A stretch of 64,000 bases of DNA, taken from assembly GCA_035367155.1 (NCBI GenBank), contig DAOSJI010000003.1, forward strand, positions 11 through 64,010, in the 5' to 3' direction. A model generated the notes under the pieces. The model made no database searches. It saw nothing but the letters and a program-made list of their open reading frames with translations, and was not told where the DNA came from. Source of the DNA: Bacilli bacterium. GTDB lineage: Bacteria > Bacillota_I > Bacilli_A > RFN20 > CAG-826. Made by a program: the position numbers and the translations under genes. Shown in pieces: positions 30,583 through 40,744 of the stretch (its first letter is position 1; every line of letters starts with the position of its first letter).

Positions 30583-31550
30583 GTAAAGAACAAAAAGTAT
30601 TAGTTTCCTTTAAAGATGTAAAAGTTTCTTTTAAACGTGGTATTCAAGAGCGAGTTGTAATAGAAGGTCTTGATCTTGATATTTTTGAAGGAGAAATTTT
30701 AGGTCTTGTAGGTGAATCTGGTTCTGGAAAAACAACAATTGGCCGTACACTTATTAGAATTGTACCTGTTGCAGGTGGAGAAATACTTTATCGCGGCGAA
30801 CGGATTTCAGGCAAGATTAGCCGTGCAAAACAGCGAGAATTAAAAACTAAAGTTCAAATGATTTTTCAAGATCCATCAGCGTCATTAAACGAACGTAGTA
30901 ATGTTGACTACATTATTAGTGAAGGGTTACGTGCTTTTAAATTATATGAAAATGATGAAGAACGTATCAAAAAAATCACAGACATGATGGAAAAAGTTGG
31001 TTTACCACCTGAATATTTAAAACGTTATCCTCATGAGTTCAGCGGCGGACAAAGACAAAGAATTGGAATTGCTAGAGCAATGGTTATGAAACCTGAACTT
31101 GTTATCGCAGATGAACCAATTTCTGCATTAGACGTTTCGATTCGTGCGCAAGTTCTAAATCTATTAAAAGATTTTCGCGATGAGTACAATCTTACGATTC
31201 TTTTCATCGCGCACGATTTATCCGTCGTTAGATATATTAGTGATCGTATTGTAGTTATAAATAACGGAAAAATCGTTGAAATTGCGGATGCAAATCGTTT
31301 ATTTGAAATGCCGCTTCATCCTTATACACAAGCTCTTTTAACAGCAGTTCCACTTCCTGATCCACAAATCGAAAGAAAAAAGAAAGTTAGAATATATCAT
31401 CCTCTTCAACATGGTTATACAAAAGATGATGTTGTTAAGCTTCACGAAATAGAACCCGGTCATTTTGTAAGAGCAAACGATAAAGAATTAGAATCATATA
31501 AGAAACGTTTAGAAAACGAAAGAAAAGGAGGTCCTAAAAATGAAAAATAA
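30579..31550 (+). CDS. oppF: Oligopeptide ABC transporter ATP-binding protein
   Basis: Walker [10 protein letters not shown], signature FSGGQRQR and Walker [13 protein letters not shown]. Confidence 0.85.
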   Translation: MSKEQKVLVSFKDVKVSFKRGIQERVVIEGLDLDIFEGEILGLVGESGSGKTTIGRTLIRIVPVAGGEILYRGERISGKISRAKQRELKTKVQMIFQDPSASLNERSNVDYIISEGLRAFKLYENDEERIKKITDMMEKVGLPPEYLKRYPHEFSGGQRQRIGIARAMVMKPELVIADEPISALDVSIRAQVLNLLKDFRDEYNLTILFIAHDLSVVRYISDRIVVINNGKIVEIADANRLFEMPLHPYTQALLTAVPLPDPQIERKKKVRIYHPLQHGYTKDDVVKLHEIEPGHFVRANDKELESYKKRLENERKGGPKNEK

Positions 31551-34269
31551 AGAAGCCGTTAAGTTGCCTTTAACAGATGAACAAAAGAAAAAACGGAATA
31601 AAAAGATTTTTAAACATGTTGGTATTTGGACTTCCATAGCAGCTGTTTTAGTAACAATATATTGGGCTGCGATTAAATATGTTCTAGTTGACTATCAAAA
31701 CATGTCCTATCTTACTTTTTCTTACGAAATGAGTAGAGATGGAAAAACCGAAGAAATTAGAATCGATGCGGTTGATTCAAGAAAGAACTATCCTGCTAAA
31801 TTTATCGTACCAAAGAAACTTTTAGGAAGGCCTGTAACGCAAATTGGCGATCATGCTTTTGCAGGCTTAGAACGCTTAAAAGAAGTTGTCCTACCAAATA
31901 CAATTCATACTTTAGGTGATGGCGCATTTCTTAATTGTACGAATTTATCAAAAATTAAATTGAGTGAAAATATTACTGATGTTGGTATTAATGCACTAGA
32001 TAATACGCCTTATTTTAATAATTTTCCTGACGGATTTTTAATGTTAGGAAAAGTTTTATATGCTTATAAAGGGTTAATGCCAAATAATACAGTTCTTATT
32101 GAGCGTGATGCTCCTAACGAACAAGAATTAATTGATGCTGGTTTTAATGTTTTAGAATATAACGGTGATGTTGTTAACATTGGAAGCGGTCTATTTGCTA
32201 ATCAACCAGGTTTAGTTGAAGCCTATATGCCGATTAATGTTACAAAAATTACTCCAAAGATTTTCTTAAATAATCCAAATCTAAGAAAAGTGGTCTTAAG
32301 CGAGAATGTAACCCATATTGGTACATCAGCATTTGAAAATACACCAATGCTAACAGATATTAATATTAATAATATTGAAAATATTGAAGAAATTGGCGAA
32401 AAAGCTTTTAGTAATTCTGGTCTAACTGGTGATATTGTTTTAAATGGCACTTTTACAAAAATTGAAGAAGCAACATTTGCTTGGAATGAAAATGTTACAT
32501 CTTATAGTCTTCCTGAAACTCTTCAAATAATTGGACGAGATGCTTTTAAAAACAACACAAATTTGGCCTCAATTAATTTACCAGACTCCATTTTTGATAT
32601 TCAAGAAAGCGCATTTGAAAATAGCGCACTTGTAAATGTTGATTTACCAAAACAAATGATTACCGTAAAAAACAAAGTTTTCTACGGTTCAAGCAAGCTT
32701 GAAAAAGTTACAATTCATGAAACTTGGACTGGGACATATTCGACAATCGATATTGAAGGAAATATCGTTGAAGTTGAAGGAACTGTTTCTTTCCGTGGTT
32801 TGCGAGAAGAAAGCTTTGCAAATACACCAAAGTTAAAAACTTTTGGTGTAAGAAACGATGAGGGCACTTTATTAACCCCAATAAATGAAGTTCATTTCAA
32901 TAATGAAACATCTTCATTTGGTAATGGATCATTTTTAAATTCAGGAATTGAAAAAGTAGTTATACCACGAGATCTTAGAAATATTTCTCGTTCTGTTTTT
33001 GAAGGAACAACAGAACTAAGTCATGTTGATTTTTCAATGGCAAATTCCCTAAACCAAGTTAGTTTTGCAGCGTTTAGAAATACACCATCTTTAAAAAATG
33101 TTGCGTTACCTGACACAGTTACAACGATTGAAGATGCTGCCTTTCAACAAAGTGGTATATTATCTTTTGTCTTACCACCAAGTGTTAATACACTTAATAG
33201 TTACACCTTTAGTGACGCAAGTGATTTAGCTAGTGTTACATTTAACAATGAACTTCTAACAATTGAAGAAGGAACATTTAAAAACTGTACTTCCTTAACA
33301 AATTTAACTCTTCCTTCATCAATTCGAAGAATTCATGAAGGTGCTTTTAGCGGTACAACCAATCTTACCTCGATAGTTATTCCAAATGATGCAAATTTAG
33401 CACCAGACAATATGTATGGAGCCTTTAAAGATGCGATAGGATTAGAAAGTTTTGATGTCGCTGATAACTTTATAACTTTATATGATTTTATGTTTGAAGG
33501 TGCAAGTAGTTTAAGTTCCCTCAATTTTAACGCAACGAGTAAATTAAAAATGATAGGTAAAGGGACTTTTAAAGATACGCCTAATTTAACAAATATTTCA
33601 TTACCTAGGACAGTAACTAGCGTAGGAGAAGATGCGTTCTTAAATAATGGCTGGTTTAATAGTCAAGAAGATGGTTTGACATTTTTAAAAGATAGCGATA
33701 ATGTTAGCTTTTTAATGTATAAATATAAAGGCGAAATAACTGATGCAAATAGTGAAATAGTAATTCCTGAAGGCGTTCGAATCCTTGGTAATAAAGCATT
33801 CGCTAATCAAACGAAACTTAAAAAAATCACTTTACCATCTACACTAGAAATTATTGCAGTCAGTGCTTTTGAAGGTGCAAGTGGTTTAGAAGAAGTTATA
33901 ATTGCACCTAATAGTAATTTAGAAATTATTGATGCTAATGCATTCAAAGACTGTACCGCTTTAAAGAGTTTTTCACTTCCTGATACTGTTAAAGAAATAA
34001 GAAACCGAGCATTTAGTAATAACACATCACTAAGAACTTTTACTGTTAATCCAACTTCAACACTAGAAAGATTAGAAGCATATGCTTTTGCAGGATGTAG
34101 ATCACTTGAAGGTTTTTATTTACCTCCAACAATCACGCGCGTTGAGGGTTTCTGTTTCCAAGGATGTACGAGTCTAACATTTTATAAAGGTCAAGGATAT
34201 GAAGTTCCAGTTCCAGATGTTTATATGGCAAACTGGAATCCAGAAAATAGACCAATTGTAGAGATTTAA
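31540..34269 (+). CDS. BspA-type leucine-rich-repeat (LRR_5) surface protein with an N-terminal TM anchor
   Basis: Dozens of ~23-aa repeats of the form L..V.LP..v..Ig..AF..c.sL, with an N-terminal hydrophobic helix [19 protein letters not shown]. The ATG at 31540 overlaps the oppF stop (31548-31550). Confidence 0.7.
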   Translation: MKNKEAVKLPLTDEQKKKRNKKIFKHVGIWTSIAAVLVTIYWAAIKYVLVDYQNMSYLTFSYEMSRDGKTEEIRIDAVDSRKNYPAKFIVPKKLLGRPVTQIGDHAFAGLERLKEVVLPNTIHTLGDGAFLNCTNLSKIKLSENITDVGINALDNTPYFNNFPDGFLMLGKVLYAYKGLMPNNTVLIERDAPNEQELIDAGFNVLEYNGDVVNIGSGLFANQPGLVEAYMPINVTKITPKIFLNNPNLRKVVLSENVTHIGTSAFENTPMLTDININNIENIEEIGEKAFSNSGLTGDIVLNGTFTKIEEATFAWNENVTSYSLPETLQIIGRDAFKNNTNLASINLPDSIFDIQESAFENSALVNVDLPKQMITVKNKVFYGSSKLEKVTIHETWTGTYSTIDIEGNIVEVEGTVSFRGLREESFANTPKLKTFGVRNDEGTLLTPINEVHFNNETSSFGNGSFLNSGIEKVVIPRDLRNISRSVFEGTTELSHVDFSMANSLNQVSFAAFRNTPSLKNVALPDTVTTIEDAAFQQSGILSFVLPPSVNTLNSYTFSDASDLASVTFNNELLTIEEGTFKNCTSLTNLTLPSSIRRIHEGAFSGTTNLTSIVIPNDANLAPDNMYGAFKDAIGLESFDVADNFITLYDFMFEGASSLSSLNFNATSKLKMIGKGTFKDTPNLTNISLPRTVTSVGEDAFLNNGWFNSQEDGLTFLKDSDNVSFLMYKYKGEITDANSEIVIPEGVRILGNKAFANQTKLKKITLPSTLEIIAVSAFEGASGLEEVIIAPNSNLEIIDANAFKDCTALKSFSLPDTVKEIRNRAFSNNTSLRTFTVNPTSTLERLEAYAFAGCRSLEGFYLPPTITRVEGFCFQGCTSLTFYKGQGYEVPVPDVYMANWNPENRPIVEI

Positions 34270-34300
34270 AAAAATAGATGCTGGGCATCTATTTTTCTTT
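34270..34300. terminator. Bidirectional terminator between convergent genes
   Basis: AAAAAATAGATGCTGGGCATCTATTTTTC is a perfect hairpin (TAGATGC / GCATCTA) with an A-run before and a T-run after. Confidence 0.6.
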
Positions 34301-35776
34301 TTTAAATACTTTTATAACAGAAGTAACTAATTTTTCTTTGAACAATAACAATAATGCAAGATATATAATACCTGCTCCTAAAATTGTAAGTAATACATTT
34401 AACAAGGGGTGAAATTTTAAATATGGAACAAGAAAATAGCTTGCGACACTTATTACGCCAGTGGCGATGACTATTTTTAAATTATTGAGAGAAAGAAAAT
34501 TTTCTAAGACATATTTTCTAGCTAGAACAAGCATTATAATCAAAATAACAATGTCGCTTATAAATGTCGCAAGAGCGACACCTAAAAGCGGATTACTCTT
34601 AAAAGCAACTAAACCAAGGATAAGAGATAATGAAATATTAAGAATTACCCCAGTAATCATTGCAAACAAGTAGTAGCGTTCTTTTTTAATAGGGATTAAT
34701 ACTTGTTGATAAATATTCTCACTTACAGAGAATGTAAACATTAAACTAGCTAAAATTGAAGTAGCTAAAATGGCGTTTTTAATTGAGGCGTTATCCCAAT
34801 AAACGTTATCAAAGACAATGAAATTAACTATATTAGGTGCAAGAATTATCATCATTGCAACCGCTGGCATTGCTATAAAGAAAGTAATATTAACACTATA
34901 TTCATTAATGGATTTAAATTTTTGCACATCATTATTTTTAAATGCATGCGATGCATGGGGAATAAATACAGCACTTAAAGAAGTAAGAATTGTAATCACA
35001 ATCTCAATGCCCCGAACACCAACAGCATAACTACCAACTGCACGCTTACTTTGATCAATTAAACCAAGAATTAGTGTATCGGTTTGGTTATAAATGGTAG
35101 CAACAATTGTTAAAAGAAAAACAGGTATCAAGGGTTTAATAATTGTTTTTAATTCATAGTTACCAACAGGTTTAAACGAAAACCCTTCTTTTTTTAGTAA
35201 AAACATATTTACAATTGATGTTAAAACCGATCCTAAACATGCAATAAAAGCGTAAACATATAAAAATTTATCGCTTTTTACAAATGAAATGACAAGAAGC
35301 GATGTAAAGAAAGTAATAATTATTGTTCTAATTCCTAAGTAAAAATGTTTTTCAAAAGCAATGTATACCCATTCAAAGGAAAAAACGCCCGCTAAAAAGT
35401 TTAATGATAAAAGCATAACTAATGAACGCATATCAGCATTCATTAAATTATCTCCAAGACTAAAAGTAATTGTAACAAGAGCAGCGAAAGACAAAAAAGT
35501 AGTTATTAATTGAAGCAAAAAGAAGGACTGTATTTTGCGATTTAATAGTTCTTTATCATCTTTTACTAAGGCGCACTCTCTAACCGCGACCATTGGAATG
35601 CCTAGTCTAGCAATAATTAAAAAATAGTAGACAAATGTATTTGCCCAAGAGTATTGCCCCATAGCTACATCCCCTAACGCTTGTGCGGCAAATGGAAAAG
35701 ATATAAACGATAAAAGTGTTATGGTTATCGTTCGAATAAGATTGACGAATACTTGAGGTCTTATTTTCGAATACAC
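34289..35776 (-). CDS. wzx: Polysaccharide biosynthesis protein / Wzx-type oligosaccharide flippase (MOP superfamily)
   Basis: 495 aa with about 14 TM segments. The N-terminal region KIRPQVFVNLIRTITITLLSFISFPFAAQALGDVAMGQYSWANT is typical of the Polysacc_synt family. Confidence 0.65.
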   Translation of the reverse strand: MYSKIRPQVFVNLIRTITITLLSFISFPFAAQALGDVAMGQYSWANTFVYYFLIIARLGIPMVAVRECALVKDDKELLNRKIQSFFLLQLITTFLSFAALVTITFSLGDNLMNADMRSLVMLLSLNFLAGVFSFEWVYIAFEKHFYLGIRTIIITFFTSLLVISFVKSDKFLYVYAFIACLGSVLTSIVNMFLLKKEGFSFKPVGNYELKTIIKPLIPVFLLTIVATIYNQTDTLILGLIDQSKRAVGSYAVGVRGIEIVITILTSLSAVFIPHASHAFKNNDVQKFKSINEYSVNITFFIAMPAVAMMIILAPNIVNFIVFDNVYWDNASIKNAILATSILASLMFTFSVSENIYQQVLIPIKKERYYLFAMITGVILNISLSLILGLVAFKSNPLLGVALATFISDIVILIIMLVLARKYVLENFLSLNNLKIVIATGVISVASYFLVPYLKFHPLLNVLLTILGAGIIYLALLLLFKEKLVTSVIKVFKKEK

Positions 35777-35895
35777 AAATGCTACTCCTTTTTAATAATT
35801 AGTATAGTATAAAAAAATAAAAATCCTAATGATTTTTATTTATTTGAAAACTAGCAAATGTTAAATAAATAGCAAAATGTAAAATTAAAGCCGTT

Positions 35896-37032
35896 TTAGA
35901 AGAGTTCTTTAAAGAAAGAATTGATTTTATTTCCAATTATTTTTGGATCAAAGTGTTGTCTTCCAATCTTTTTAGCTTCTATAGCTTTGAGGTTTTTTAC
36001 ATCCATGTTTTTAAGAACATTGGTTATTTCTTGTGATAGTTGGTCGATAGATGAATTAAATACCCAATGAATTGAGTCACCATAAATTTTCCTTAAATCA
36101 AGAGATAGGGAAGAAAGTGTAGGTCTATTACTATCAGCATAATCAATTACTTTGCTTGGAATGGAATAATAATCTAAATCCGTTGTGAAAATTCTAGGAT
36201 TAATATTAATAAGTGCGTGTTGTTGGTATTGGAGCATTTCTCTAAATGAAAGTAAACCAGCATAAATAAAACGGGGATCATTTTCTGCAAGCAATGCAAT
36301 TTCTTCTTTCATTGGACCATGACCAGCAATTATAAGGCGTGCATCAGTATTTACTTTTTTAAAAGCTTCAATTAAATTTCTGATACCATATCGTTCATAA
36401 AGAGCACCGCCAAAGAAAAAATAATCGTAGTTAACTGGCCGTTCTTTTATAATAATATCTTCGCTTAAGATGCCAGGTATGATTAAGAACGGTCTATTTC
36501 TTCGGTTTACATATTTATTAAGGTTTTCAGTCAAAGCAATATAAGCGTTGCAATAGGAAAAAGAACTCTCAACATTTTTAATATAACGGTGATTAACATT
36601 TGATAAGTTATTAGGATTGTCTGTAATAATACCGACGATTCGCCCACCATGATTTTTTCTTATATAATGAGCAAGCTTAGCAAGATGCGGATTCAATAAA
36701 TCAACAATTACAATAGGCTGTTCATTATATTTTAAACTACTAATTATTTTTTTAGAATTTCTAATAAAGGTTAGATTTTTTAAAAACTTTCTATTAAGAA
36801 AACTTGGATAAATAAAGATATCATTGATTTCATGTTCGAAATAATGTTGGTCACATGTTGTTGAATTTGCAGGTCGGAGTGATATAACAGTTACATCATT
36901 ATCTTTCTTTAATTCATGAATTATTTTGTAGTGAAAATTTTGACTGCTAGGATTAGGTTTAACTTTTGAAATCTTAACAAGATTGTTAAAATCTTTAGGC
37001 ATCATAGCAGTCGTAAGATAGATAATTTTCAT
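35896..37032 (-). CDS. Glycosyltransferase, GT4 family
   Basis: C-terminal GT-B domain with FFFGGALYERYGIRNLIEAFKKV…LIIAGHGP and an E…E region. It overlaps the upstream GT4 gene in an operon. Confidence 0.65.
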   Translation of the reverse strand: MKIIYLTTAMMPKDFNNLVKISKVKPNPSSQNFHYKIIHELKKDNDVTVISLRPANSTTCDQHYFEHEINDIFIYPSFLNRKFLKNLTFIRNSKKIISSLKYNEQPIVIVDLLNPHLAKLAHYIRKNHGGRIVGIITDNPNNLSNVNHRYIKNVESSFSYCNAYIALTENLNKYVNRRNRPFLIIPGILSEDIIIKERPVNYDYFFFGGALYERYGIRNLIEAFKKVNTDARLIIAGHGPMKEEIALLAENDPRFIYAGLLSFREMLQYQQHALININPRIFTTDLDYYSIPSKVIDYADSNRPTLSSLSLDLRKIYGDSIHWVFNSSIDQLSQEITNVLKNMDVKNLKAIEAKKIGRQHFDPKIIGNKINSFFKELF

Positions 37033-37033
37033 A

Positions 37034-38143
37034 TTAGAGTAACTCCTTTAAAATTTTTAGATGTTGCATAACCATAATTTCGATTGTATTTTCTTTAGCG
37101 GTCAAAAGAGCCTCATGAGTGAAATTACATTCTTTTAGTTTAGAAATTAACTTAAGCAAATCGTCATTGTTTTTATAAATGAGGCCGTTTTTGCCGTGTT
37201 TAATTAATTCTTTCGTAGCGTTCATATTATAACTTGCAATAATAGAGAGTCCTTGAGACAAACTCTCATTGATTACATGCCCATAAATGTCATATCTACT
37301 TAAATAAATACCATAATCTGCATGAGCTAGAAAATCCAAGATTTGATCTCGAGGTACAAATGATAAAATGTGAACGTTACTCAACCTATTATTTTTGATG
37401 AAACGCTCAAGTTTTGTTTTTTCTTTTCCTGAGCCAATCAAAACAAGGTGATTGTCATTATTTAAATTTTTCCAAGTTTTTAAAAGAAACATATTGTTTT
37501 TTCGTTTGATAAAACTTGTTGCAGAAACAAAAATTGTTGAACCTTCAATATTGTACTTTTTATAAAATTGCTTCTTTTCGTTTAGAGGAATTTCTTTTTT
37601 AAGAATTTCTTCTTCAAATATTGTGCTATATGAGTATCTATAGATTTTATCCGTTGGCGCACCATAATGCTCTAAATATCTACTGGTTTCCTCACTACTT
37701 GAAAAATAACCAGTGGCACCACTAATAAAGTGTTTTTTAAATTTATATTTGAGATAACATTCTTTTTTTACTGTTCCACCATTTGCATAAAAGTAATATG
37801 GAATCTTTTTTCTTTTTAAATAACTAATTGTTTTCATTTCAGTAAAAGTAGAATATCCATTCATGATTATCACATCATATTTATTTTTCTTCAGATGTTT
37901 GATTACACCATTGGAATAATGATTTTCTTTACCTAGATTAATTCCTTTAATAGAGTGGACTTTAAAATTTGTGACATTTTGATCATAAAAAAGTGGATGA
38001 CGGTCGCTTGCTTTTTGACGCTCAAAAATAACATGTAAGTCAACATGCTTTCCCAAGACATTAAAAAAACGTACTTTATAAGGCGCGGGATGGTTAAAAA
38101 CAATTAATATCTTCATATATTTAGTATAGCACGGCAAAGACAT
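37034..38143 (-). CDS. Glycosyltransferase, GT4 family
   Basis: GT-B C-terminal domain: STIFVSATSFIKRKNNMFLLKTW…LVLIGSGKE…GHVINESLSQGLSIIAS. Confidence 0.65.
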   Translation of the reverse strand: MSLPCYTKYMKILIVFNHPAPYKVRFFNVLGKHVDLHVIFERQKASDRHPLFYDQNVTNFKVHSIKGINLGKENHYSNGVIKHLKKNKYDVIIMNGYSTFTEMKTISYLKRKKIPYYFYANGGTVKKECYLKYKFKKHFISGATGYFSSSEETSRYLEHYGAPTDKIYRYSYSTIFEEEILKKEIPLNEKKQFYKKYNIEGSTIFVSATSFIKRKNNMFLLKTWKNLNNDNHLVLIGSGKEKTKLERFIKNNRLSNVHILSFVPRDQILDFLAHADYGIYLSRYDIYGHVINESLSQGLSIIASYNMNATKELIKHGKNGLIYKNNDDLLKLISKLKECNFTHEALLTAKENTIEIMVMQHLKILKELL

Positions 38144-38159
38144 TAATATTAATTTAATA

Positions 38160-38168
38160 TGCTATAAT
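38160..38168 (+). promoter_or_regulatory. Extended -10 element (TGcTATAAT) ending only 6 nt before the ung ATG, which suggests a leaderless ung mRNA
   Basis: TGCTATAAT at 38160-38168 and the ATG at 38175. There is no RBS between them. Confidence 0.35.
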
Positions 38169-38174
38169 CTAGTC

Positions 38175-38840
38175 ATGGAACATTTAGAAAACTGGAATGA
38201 TATATTCAATAAAGAACCATTCTTAACTTATTTAGCTAAAATAAATAGTTTTCTTGATAGTGCTTATAAAAAAGATATTGTTTATCCCTTAAGAAAAGAT
38301 GTTTTTAGGGCGTTTGAACTTACACCGCCATCAAAGGTTAAATGCGTAATAATTGGGCAAGATCCCTATCATCAACCAAATCAAGCACACGGCTTGGCAT
38401 TTTCGGTTAAGTCTGGTGTGAAATTGCCTCCATCGTTAAAAAACATTTATAAAGAAATAGAAAATGATTTAGGAGTAACGATGAAAAATGATGGTGATTT
38501 ATCATATTTAGCAAGGCAAGGCGTTTTACTTTTAAATGTTAACCTTACAGTAATTAAGGATAAACCGTTATCTCACTCAATAGAGGTTTATGAAAAATTC
38601 ACAGAATCTATTCTTAAAGTATTAAACGACCTTGAACAACCTATAGTATTTATCTTATGGGGTAAAAAAGCGCAAAATTTAGCAAAACCATTACAAAACC
38701 CGCATCATTTAATAATTAAATCAAATCATCCTTCACCATTATCAGCAAATAGAGGAGGTTTTTTTAATACAAAACCATTTTCAAAAACTAACATTTTTTT
38801 GATTAAAAATAATCAAGCATCAATTAATTGGCAAAATTAA
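38175..38840 (+). CDS. ung: Uracil-DNA glycosylase, family 1
   Basis: Motifs GQDPYHQPNQAHGLAFSV and HPSPLSA. Confidence 0.9.
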   Translation: MEHLENWNDIFNKEPFLTYLAKINSFLDSAYKKDIVYPLRKDVFRAFELTPPSKVKCVIIGQDPYHQPNQAHGLAFSVKSGVKLPPSLKNIYKEIENDLGVTMKNDGDLSYLARQGVLLLNVNLTVIKDKPLSHSIEVYEKFTESILKVLNDLEQPIVFILWGKKAQNLAKPLQNPHHLIIKSNHPSPLSANRGGFFNTKPFSKTNIFLIKNNQASINWQN

Positions 38841-38857
38841 ATCTTAGTGATATAATA

Positions 38858-38950
38858 TTACTCAGGAGCTTGGTCGACCAGGCTGAGAGGGATTGATAAT
38901 GACAGTCCGACGACACCTGATCTAGGTAATGCTAGCGTAGGTACCCCCCT
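38858..38950 (+). promoter_or_regulatory. TPP (THI-box) riboswitch aptamer
   Basis: …GGCTGAGAGGGATTGATAATGACAGTCCGACGACACCTGATCTAGGTAATGCTAGCGTAGGTACCC matches the THI-box core elements CUGAGA and ACCUGAUCUGGAUAAUGCCAGCGUAGGGA. An extended -10 TGATATAAT lies just upstream at 38848-38856. Confidence 0.8.
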
Positions 38951-38964
38951 TTACTATAGTATTT

Positions 38965-38989
38965 CCTTGCAGGTGCAAGGAATTTTTTA
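38965..38989 (+). terminator. Riboswitch expression-platform terminator hairpin
   Basis: CCTTGCAGGTGCAAGG is followed by AATTTTTTA, then the RBS AGAGGA and the ATG at 39005. Confidence 0.6.
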
Positions 38990-39004
38990 TTAGAGGAAAA
39001 AAAC

Positions 39005-39982
39005 ATGACGAAAAATAAAGAAAAAATGATTATAAATATTAGTTTGGGATTGATAGTTTTAATAGCGCTATGTTTTCTATTCGCTCCCATTGTTAATATA
39101 AGTGCGATTGGAAATTTGAATCTAATTGATGTCATGTTTGGAAAAAACGGCCTAATGAACGACTATTTTATACTTCCACTCATAGTACTATTGCCAATCA
39201 TTTCATTTGGATTAACATTTATAAAAACAGATGAAGTTAAAGAAAAAGAAATTAATAACATTAGTCTGGTTTTAGTCATTATCACCATCGTTCTTAGCTT
39301 TTCATATGCAGCATTATATAAAGGAATTAATAGTGAAACTGTTGAATCATCTAGTTTTAGTCTTGGATGGGGCTTAATTGTATATGCATCGCTAACTACC
39401 TTATCATTGTTTTACTATCTTAGAAGCATACTTGAGAGCAATGAATTCACAGTTAGAGAAATACCTGAACTTGCGATTTTTATTGCTTTAGCAGTCGTTT
39501 TGGATTTTGTTCCAAAAATTCGAATTGGTGCTACTGGAGGATCAATTAGTCTAACAATGGTACCGCTATTTATTATTGCGTTTAGATTTAACTTTGTTAA
39601 AAGCTTTCTAGCCATCGGTGTAGTTTATGGTATTATTACATGCCAATTAGATGGGTATGGTTTCCAATCTTATTCATTCGATTATTTATTAGGTTTTGGG
39701 CTAATTTCGTTAGCTTCATTTTTTAGAACGCTAATTTTTACAAGACAAGGAAATCCCAAAATTCAACATTATCTTTTCTTATTATTAGCTATTTTCGTTG
39801 GTGGATTTGGTCGTTTTGTTGGTAGCACAATCAGTTCTGTAGTTCTTTACCATTATAGTTTTGGTCCTGCTGCTATTTATAATCTTACATATATTGGTCC
39901 AAGCATACTTTTGGTAATGATAATTCTTTCATTATTATTAGTTCCTTTTACTAGGTTGAATCGCCGTTATCCAATAGAATAG
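39005..39982 (+). CDS. thiT: Thiamine transporter ThiT/YuaJ-like ECF S-component with a ~150 aa N-terminal membrane extension, controlled by the TPP riboswitch
   Basis: Polytopic. The C-terminal ~170 aa (IPELAIFIALAVVLDFVPKIRIGATGGSISLTMVPLFII…) resembles ThiT family proteins. It lies directly downstream of the TPP riboswitch. Confidence 0.55.
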   Translation: MTKNKEKMIINISLGLIVLIALCFLFAPIVNISAIGNLNLIDVMFGKNGLMNDYFILPLIVLLPIISFGLTFIKTDEVKEKEINNISLVLVIITIVLSFSYAALYKGINSETVESSSFSLGWGLIVYASLTTLSLFYYLRSILESNEFTVREIPELAIFIALAVVLDFVPKIRIGATGGSISLTMVPLFIIAFRFNFVKSFLAIGVVYGIITCQLDGYGFQSYSFDYLLGFGLISLASFFRTLIFTRQGNPKIQHYLFLLLAIFVGGFGRFVGSTISSVVLYHYSFGPAAIYNLTYIGPSILLVMIILSLLLVPFTRLNRRYPIE

Positions 39983-40046
39983 TTAATCAATATAAATGAC
40001 ATTTAATAAATAATTCCTATGTTATAATAAACATAGGAGGGATTTT

Positions 40047-40697
40047 ATGACGACAAGATTGGGTAAAAGAAGTAATCGTGAACTTGAACGAAAAGTTAAA
40101 AAGAATGATCCTGAAGCAATGCACGAATTAGCTCGACGTCTTGTCCAAGGCGAAGGCATTGCTGAAGACCAAAAACGAGGTTTCGAGTTAGCGAAAAAAT
40201 CTAGCGAATTAGGTTTTATTCCAGCCTTTACAGTTTTAGGTTATTGTTATTTTTATGGGAAACCTATTCCAAAAGATGAACAAAGAGGCGTAGAATTGTT
40301 TAGATATGCTGCTGAAAACGGTCACGATGCCGCTCAATACAATATGGGTATTGCCTATGAAAGAGGTAGTGTTATTGAATGCGACTATGCGAAAAGTTAC
40401 GAGTGGTATCAAAAAGCTGCTGAGCAAGATTTTGCAAAAGCGTTTTATAAACTAGGTGTATTTAATGAACTTGGTTATGGGCGTGAAATTAATTTAATTG
40501 AAGCTGCAAAATTTTATGAAGAGTCTGCAAAACGCGGCTATGTTAAAGCAATTCATGCAATTGGGAACGCTTATTATTTAGGAACTGGCGTTATCAAATC
40601 GATAGATAAAGCGGTAGCATGGTTAACAGTAAGTGCTGATCGTGGTTATCGCCCATCAATTAGTTTATTAAAAAGAATTAATGACAAAAATAGTTAA
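40047..40697 (+). CDS. Sel1-repeat (TPR-like) protein
   Basis: Five or six Sel1 repeats, each with a ...A...Y..AAEQG...AQ..LG..Y..G.GV..d...A..W pattern. Confidence 0.7.
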   Translation: MTTRLGKRSNRELERKVKKNDPEAMHELARRLVQGEGIAEDQKRGFELAKKSSELGFIPAFTVLGYCYFYGKPIPKDEQRGVELFRYAAENGHDAAQYNMGIAYERGSVIECDYAKSYEWYQKAAEQDFAKAFYKLGVFNELGYGREINLIEAAKFYEESAKRGYVKAIHAIGNAYYLGTGVIKSIDKAVAWLTVSADRGYRPSISLLKRINDKNS

Positions 40698-40744
40698 CAG
40701 TCGTTATAATAAACATACTATTTATAGTATGGTGGAGGTTTTTT

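Noticed and set aside
38932-39135. 67-aa minus-strand ORF spanning the TPP riboswitch terminator and the thiT start
   Set aside because: It overlaps a structured RNA element and the 5' end of a supported gene, and it has no RBS.
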